Shown here: piece after piece, positions 58,650 through 64,000 of the stretch
How the letters are laid out: each line of letters starts with the position of its first letter
How positions within the stretch are numbered: position 1 is the stretch's first letter
Assembly: GCA_963665845.2 (NCBI GenBank)
Contig: OY762492.1
Coordinates: 3,552,001 to 3,616,000 of the forward strand
DNA length: 64,000 nucleotides
Source of the DNA: Candidatus Poribacteria bacterium
GTDB lineage: Bacteria; Poribacteria; WGA-4E; GCA-2687025
Reading direction: 5' to 3'
Notes under the pieces: model-generated
Databases searched by the model: none
Seen by the model: only the letters and a program-made list of their open reading frames with translations
What the model was told of the DNA's origin: nothing
Made by a program: the position numbers and the translations under genes

Positions 58650-59081
58650 CCATTTTTTGGACTCCAACATCGTCATTTACTACTACGACGATCAAAGTCC
58701 AAAAAAGAAAGCAAAAGCGAGGCGCATGGTGGACAGCGCGCTCAATAATCAAAACGGCTGCATCAGCTTCCAGGTCGTTCAAGAAACAATGTATGTCATC
58801 AGGAAAAGCTGCGGGTGGACGATAAAGACGCTGAAGCCATGCTGAATGACATACTGCTGCGACTTTGGCAAGCGAATCCTGTGCGGGAGACCGACCCGAC
58901 GCCGGAAATGTACAAGCGCGCTTTCGATCTCCATAAACGGGGCGGAATCGCCAATTTCTACGATTGCGTCATCGCCGTAAACGCTCTCGACGCCGGATGC
59001 GCCGCGCTCTACACCGAAGACGCGGGTCTGCTCCACGCCCAGCGGGTTGAGGATGTGGACATCGTCAACCCGTTCAACTAA
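58639..59081 (+). pseudogene. PIN-domain toxin copy 2, -1 frameshift at AGGAAAAGCTG (about 58801-58811)
   Basis: ORFs 58639..58845 (FLDSNI..SFQVVQE) and 58815..59081 (FYDCVI..LYTED..NPF) join into one PIN protein if one A is added. Confidence 0.8.
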
Positions 59082-59161
59082 AATTAGGCTGACTCAAACG
59101 GGGAGCGGCGCCATTTGACAGCGCGTCATAAGGGCGTCGTCGGCAGCAATAGGAGGCGGAC

Positions 59162-59698
59162 ATGACCGAACGAAGCGGAACGGAACGAAAACAGCATCGA
59201 GACCCTTGGAACGAACTGCGCGCCGCTCTCATCCAGGCGCAGGCGCAGCTGGACGCCGAGCATGAATGGCGGGAGGGCTGGGCGGACCTCCTCAATGGCG
59301 CATTGGAGGCGGTTGATAGGTTCACGGCGCGTCAAAAAGAGATACGCCGCCTCAACCCCATCGCTGAGCGTCTGGCGGTGGAGGAGTGCCGCGATGCCCG
59401 GCTAGAGCTTGGATACGCCCTGAACGAAGCGCTGGATCGATTGAGGTCCTTGACCAAATTTCGGAGCGAAATGCGCCGTCATGCGCTCGCTCTAGAATCG
59501 TCGGGCGGAGAAAAAAGCGGCTTTGCGGCGGCGCTGCTCCGCGTCAGTCGGTCGCTGGAAGCGGCGAAGATCGAAGACGCCTACAAGGTTGTTGATGAAA
59601 TTCAGAGGGAGAATTCGCTCCAGAGCCTTCGGTATCTGGAGACCCAAATCAAAACGGGCGGACGTACCTTCACACGGGATGAAATGAATGAGCGTTGA
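59162..59698 (+). CDS. Putative long VapB-type antitoxin, copy 3
   Basis: Paralog with a 3-aa deletion. Confidence 0.7.
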   Translation: MTERSGTERKQHRDPWNELRAALIQAQAQLDAEHEWREGWADLLNGALEAVDRFTARQKEIRRLNPIAERLAVEECRDARLELGYALNEALDRLRSLTKFRSEMRRHALALESSGGEKSGFAAALLRVSRSLEAAKIEDAYKVVDEIQRENSLQSLRYLETQIKTGGRTFTRDEMNER

Positions 59699-60130
59699 CC
59701 ATTTTTTGGACTCCAACATCGTCCTCTACTACTATGACGATCAAAGTCCAAAAAAGAAAGAAACAGCGAGGCGCATGGTGGACAGCGCGCTCAATAATCA
59801 AAACGGCTGCGTCAGCTATCAGATCGTTCAAGAAACAATGTATGTCGTCCGGAAAAGCTGCGGGTGGACGATACGACCGCCGACTTCATGCTGAATAACA
59901 TACTGCTGCGGCTTTGGCAAGCGAATCCCGTGTGGGAAACCGACCCGACGCCGGAAATGTACAAGCGCGCTTTTGATCTCCACAAACGGCGCGGAATCGC
60001 CAATTTCTACGATTGCGTCATCGCCGTAAACGCTCTCGACGCCGGATGCGCCGCGCTCTATACCGAAGACGCGGGTCTGCTCCATGCCCAGCGTATCGAG
60101 GATGTGGACGTCGTCAACCCGTTCACTTAA
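59688..60130 (+). pseudogene. PIN-domain toxin copy 3, -1 frameshift at CGGAAAAGCTG (about 59850-59860)
   Basis: ORFs 59688..59894 and 59864..60130; same breakpoint as copy 2. Confidence 0.8.
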
Positions 60131-60152
60131 AATAGAGGCTGAACAAAGCGGC

Positions 60153-60250
60153 ATAAGGGCGTTGTCGGCAGCGATAGGAGGCGGACATGACCGAACGAAG
60201 CGGAACGGAACGAAAACAGCATCGAGACCCTTGGAACGAACTGCGCGCCG
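60153..60250 (+). repeat. Truncated fourth unit of the TA array (leader plus first ~21 antitoxin codons)
   Basis: CATAAGGGCGTTGTCGGCAGCGATAGGAGGCGGACATGACCGAACGAAGCGG...GAACTGCGCGCCGC, then diverges. Confidence 0.9.
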
Positions 60251-60477
60251 CGCAAGACGCCTGAACGCCCGCGCCGTCCGCGCCCTCATCGCCTGCCCTG
60301 TGAAACGGGGTCATTCCGGCTCCCGTCCTTTAAACCCCCTACCCCCTTTTCAAGGGGAATCGAACGCGCCGCGCCGCGAATATCCCCGTATGAGCGTACT
60401 GCCGTCAAAAGCGGGCGGTTGCAATTAAACCGCATCCGACATACCATGTAGGCGTATGAAAATGCGAAAGGCGAATT

Positions 60478-62310
60478 ATGAGCTCCAATATCCATTACGA
60501 CGCCCCCGATTCCTTTTTTGCAATGGACGAATCCGCCCTCGGCGAGCTGGACGAAGAGCGAACCTACCACCCGCTCTGCCGCGCCGACGAGTTTGAAGAA
60601 GGCGAAGGCAAGCCGTTCCATGTGGACGGGTTCCATATCGCCGTGTTTCGATATGCCGACAAATACTACGCTGTCGACAACCGCTGCCCGCATATGGGTT
60701 ATCCGATGTCGGAAGGCAGCGTGCGGGACGGCGTTCTGATCTGCCACTGGCACCACTGGGAATTCGACCTGCGCACCGGCGGCTGCTTCCTCTCCTTCGG
60801 CGATGACCTCAAAGCGTTTCCGGTCAAGGTGGAAGACGGCATCGTCTCGGTCGGGCTGTCGAGCGGAGAAAAAGAAGCGGCGCGCCAACGGCTCATCCAC
60901 CGCGGAAAACGGCAGCTGGTTCAGGGTCTCAAAGACCGCAGCCCGTTTCTGATTGCGAAAGCGGTTGCCGCTCTGCGCGACGCCGGCGCCTCCGCCAAGG
61001 AGATCATCCATCAGGGTCTCTACTACGGCGCCAACAAAACGAACGACGGCTGGTCATCCGGCGTCGCCATACTCGCCATCGCCGCGAATATGTGGGACGA
61101 GATCGACCCTGCCGACCAGAACCTGTTCTTGGTGCATGGCTTGACGCAGACAAGCCGCCGCACAACGGGAAGCTCGCGCCGCCCCCGCTCCCCCTTCCCC
61201 AGAACCGAAAACGAGCATGAAAAAAAGCAGCTGTTCCGCTGGTTCCGCTACTTCATCCGCAAGCGCGATGTCGGCGCGGCGGAACGCATTTTAATCACCA
61301 TCTTTGACCGCGGATACTCCAAAGAGGAGATCGCGCATTTTGTGTATTCCGCGGCGACCGACTACTACTTCACAGGCGACGGGCATGCGCTTGACTTTGC
61401 GAACAAATGCTTCGAATCGCTGCATTATCTGGACTGGGCGGGCGCGCAGGAGATTCTGCGCCCCATTGTGGTTGATCTCGCCCGGCGGACGCGGCATGAG
61501 GAGACCTCGCGCTGGGCGGAAGCCGTCCCTGTTATGAGAAACGTCTTCGGGCGCCTGGACGAGATTTGGAAGGAAAATCAAGCGAACCGCGCCGATCTGG
61601 ACATACCCGCCTTCGCGCAGCGGATGCTCCAGGACGACTTCCGCGACATCGTCGGCGAGGTGGAAGAAAAGCTGCGCGAGGGCGTTGAGCCGACCGACCT
61701 GTGCCGCGCGATGACCTACGCGGGCGCCGTTCGCATCGTCCGTTTTCACCTGAAAAACGAAGGCGACTGGCATGATGTCGCCAACCTGTACTCCTACGCC
61801 CATGCGCTTTACCGCGCGTTCCATGACGCCCCAAGCAAAGAGCTGCTGCGCGGCGTCTTCCACGGGGCGGTCTATTTGACGATGCTGCGCTGGTTGAACA
61901 TGCCGTCCGCGCGCGTCCCGAAACAAGGGCAGCGGCTGGATGAAACCTTCGAAAACCCGAAGCAGATGCTGGACCGTCTGCAGGAGTTTGCCGATTTTCA
62001 AAAGGTGCTGGACGCCGAAATTCTGGTGAGCCAATACCTGGACGAGGGGCTGGATGCCGGTGCCTTGAAACGCGCCCTGGCGCACATCACTCTGCGGGAG
62101 GACGCTGAACTTCACATGTTCCAGGTTCTGGAGGTGGCGTTCCGGCATTACGATTTCGCGGAAACCTTTGAAGAAAAGCGGACGCATCTGCTGGCGGCGA
62201 CGCGCTATATCGCGGCTCAAAAGGCGATGAAGAACATTCTCTGGTCAACCGAAAACGCGGAGCGGCTGCAGCGGGGCGAACTGTTGAGCGAGCGGAACGA
62301 CGATGAATAA
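60478..62310 (+). CDS. Rieske [2Fe-2S] domain protein with large C-terminal helical region
   Basis: DNRCPHMGYP..CHWHHWEFDLRTG; later GHALDFANK. Confidence 0.85.
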   Translation: MSSNIHYDAPDSFFAMDESALGELDEERTYHPLCRADEFEEGEGKPFHVDGFHIAVFRYADKYYAVDNRCPHMGYPMSEGSVRDGVLICHWHHWEFDLRTGGCFLSFGDDLKAFPVKVEDGIVSVGLSSGEKEAARQRLIHRGKRQLVQGLKDRSPFLIAKAVAALRDAGASAKEIIHQGLYYGANKTNDGWSSGVAILAIAANMWDEIDPADQNLFLVHGLTQTSRRTTGSSRRPRSPFPRTENEHEKKQLFRWFRYFIRKRDVGAAERILITIFDRGYSKEEIAHFVYSAATDYYFTGDGHALDFANKCFESLHYLDWAGAQEILRPIVVDLARRTRHEETSRWAEAVPVMRNVFGRLDEIWKENQANRADLDIPAFAQRMLQDDFRDIVGEVEEKLREGVEPTDLCRAMTYAGAVRIVRFHLKNEGDWHDVANLYSYAHALYRAFHDAPSKELLRGVFHGAVYLTMLRWLNMPSARVPKQGQRLDETFENPKQMLDRLQEFADFQKVLDAEILVSQYLDEGLDAGALKRALAHITLREDAELHMFQVLEVAFRHYDFAETFEEKRTHLLAATRYIAAQKAMKNILWSTENAERLQRGELLSERNDDE

Positions 62311-62345
62311 ACGCTTTTTGAACACATGAGCAGCCGCCGACTGCG

Positions 62346-63371
62346 ATGCTGACAATCGCCGCCATCACGGGAATCATCGCGCTGACGGGCAGCTACGCCG
62401 CTCTGAAGCTCGCGCGTCGAATGGGCTGGTTTGCGCAGGAGAACTCGCGCACCATTCACCGCCTGCCGACGCCGCAGCTGGGCGGAGCCGCTGTCGCCGC
62501 GGCGTTCCTCATGGGGACTGCCGCATACGGCGTCTATGCGGACAGATTTTCCGTCTTTCTGATTGGTCTCATGGTCGGTTTTGCGTTGATGACAGCGGTC
62601 GGCTTGATCGACGACGCGCGCGGTCTCGCCCCTTGGCAGAAGCTGGCGGGTCAAACGGCCGCCGCCGCGGTCATCGCCGCCGCGCATGGAGGAGTCGCCC
62701 TGCCGGAGCCGATCGCCCGCGCGTTGCCCGCCTTCATGGAAACGCCGCTTCAGTACGGGTTGGCGCTGTTCTGGATCGTCGGCGCGACGAACGCTTTGAA
62801 CCTGATCGACGGCGCGGACGGACTCGCGTCGGGCGCGGCGCTGGCGGCTTCGGCGGCGCTGGCGGCTGCAGCCGCGGGCGTCTCGAATATGGGAGCTGAA
62901 GCGTTCATCGCCGTTCTGCTGTTTGCCGCCGCCCTCGGCTTTTTGCCGTTCAATTTGCCGCCCGCGAAAATGTTTCTGGGAGACGCCGGGGCGCTCTCCA
63001 TCGGCTGCGCGCTCGGCGCGATTGCGTTAAAAGTATGCTTTCAGCAAACGGAAAACATGGCTCTTTACATCTTTCCGCTCACTGCGCTAAGCCTACCGAT
63101 CTTCGACACGGCTGCGGCGATTGTTCGGCGGCGCGGGCGATGGGCGGAGGCGGACAAGTCGCATATTCACCACCGCCTTTTCAAGCTCGGCTGGTCGCCC
63201 GCCAAGACGGCCGGGTCGCTCGCGCTGTTGAGCGCCGTATTCGCAGCGGCGGGGGCTGTCGCGGCTCGACTTCAAAGCGCGCCCTTGGCGCTTGCCGCGG
63301 CCGCGGTCAGTTTCGGCTCCTGGCTGTTTCTGTATCATGCCCCAAGCCGACAATCGAGACCCGCGCGTTAA
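62346..63371 (+). CDS. MraY/WecA-family undecaprenyl-phosphate sugar-1-phosphate transferase
   Basis: PTPQLGG, GLIDD, NALNLIDGADGLA, GFLPFNLPPAKMFLGDAG, DKSHIHHRL. Confidence 0.92.
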   Translation: MLTIAAITGIIALTGSYAALKLARRMGWFAQENSRTIHRLPTPQLGGAAVAAAFLMGTAAYGVYADRFSVFLIGLMVGFALMTAVGLIDDARGLAPWQKLAGQTAAAAVIAAAHGGVALPEPIARALPAFMETPLQYGLALFWIVGATNALNLIDGADGLASGAALAASAALAAAAAGVSNMGAEAFIAVLLFAAALGFLPFNLPPAKMFLGDAGALSIGCALGAIALKVCFQQTENMALYIFPLTALSLPIFDTAAAIVRRRGRWAEADKSHIHHRLFKLGWSPAKTAGSLALLSAVFAAAGAVAARLQSAPLALAAAAVSFGSWLFLYHAPSRQSRPAR

Positions 63372-63372
63372 C

Positions 63373-64000
63373 ATGAAACGCATCCGAGCGCTGCGCATCA
63401 TCACACGTTATATAAAAGGCGGCGCCGACCGAAACGTTTGCCACTCCATCAACGCGCTCTTAAAAACAGGCAGGTATGAGATTGACCTGATTGCCGGGCG
63501 CGATTCGGACCGCGACTTTCTAAAACAATTCAACAATGTGCGCATACACCTGCTCGACAGCCTTGTGCGCGACATCTCCCCGATGAACGACCTGAAAGCG
63601 CTCTGGCAGATCTACCGCATCGTCAAACGGAACCGATACCGCATTGTGCATACGCATACCGCAAAGGCGGGTTTTCTCGGCAGAATCGCCGCGCAGAAAG
63701 CGAACGCGCCGTGCGTCATCCATGGCGTCCATGGCGTCACGTTCCATTCAAACCTCCCATGGATGCGCAACCAGCTTTACACGGCGCTGGAGCGATGGGC
63801 GGGAAGGCGCACCGACTGCTTCGTCTCGGTCGGCGAGGAGCTGACGCAGGTTTATCTGGAAGCGGGCGTCGGACGCCCGGAGCAATACCGCCTCATACGC
63901 AGCGGCATGGAGCTGGAGCGGTTCCTTGAAGCGGGGCAAAACCGAGCGCAGATACGTTCGGAAATGCGCCGACATCTAGGCTTTCAGGACAACCATATCG
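63373..64000 (+). CDS. Glycosyltransferase family 4 (GT-B), truncated by window end
   Basis: Manual translation MKRIRALRIITRYIKGGADRNV..LVRDISPMNDLKAL..IVHTHTAKAGFLGR..HGVHG. Confidence 0.9.
   Translation, partial: MKRIRALRIITRYIKGGADRNVCHSINALLKTGRYEIDLIAGRDSDRDFLKQFNNVRIHLLDSLVRDISPMNDLKALWQIYRIVKRNRYRIVHTHTAKAGFLGRIAAQKANAPCVIHGVHGVTFHSNLPWMRNQLYTALERWAGRRTDCFVSVGEELTQVYLEAGVGRPEQYRLIRSGMELERFLEAGQNRAQIRSEMRRHLGFQDNHI

Noticed and set aside
56995-60250. TA units as integron cassettes
   Set aside because: No integrase in the window and no attC-like RYYYAAC...GTTRRRY hairpins recognised between units

Overview
GC-rich bacterial chromosomal window. The gene content (phytanoyl-CoA dioxygenase, Gfo/Idh/MocA oxidoreductases, microcompartment satellite genes, several R-M systems) is compatible with a Poribacteria-like lineage, but that is only an inference. 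Left to right: a partial Type IIG/ISP-like R-M gene; three tandem paralogous membrane proteins; a stand-alone PglZ-like gene that has lost its metal ligands; a catabolic cluster; an AAA-ATPase/putative nuclease/methyltransferase operon; hps-rraA/panE/glyA; a nuo operon lacking nuoB, nuoI and nuoN and ending in a cation/H+ antiporter; pduL-flavoprotein-CHAD-ppx; holA and moxR; an HTH gene plus a 1673-aa Type ISP-like enzyme; an AT-rich orphan; a toxin-antitoxin array (TPR-fused antitoxin/ParE plus three mosaic ~1.06-kb antitoxin-PIN units, every PIN gene broken by a -1 frameshift in or next to an A-run); a Rieske protein; and a wecA-like gene plus a glycosyltransferase. Intergenic DNA is filled with at least five families of palindromic or MITE-like repeats. 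No rRNA, tRNA or CRISPR array was recognised. All product calls come from motif recognition by eye; no database search was run.
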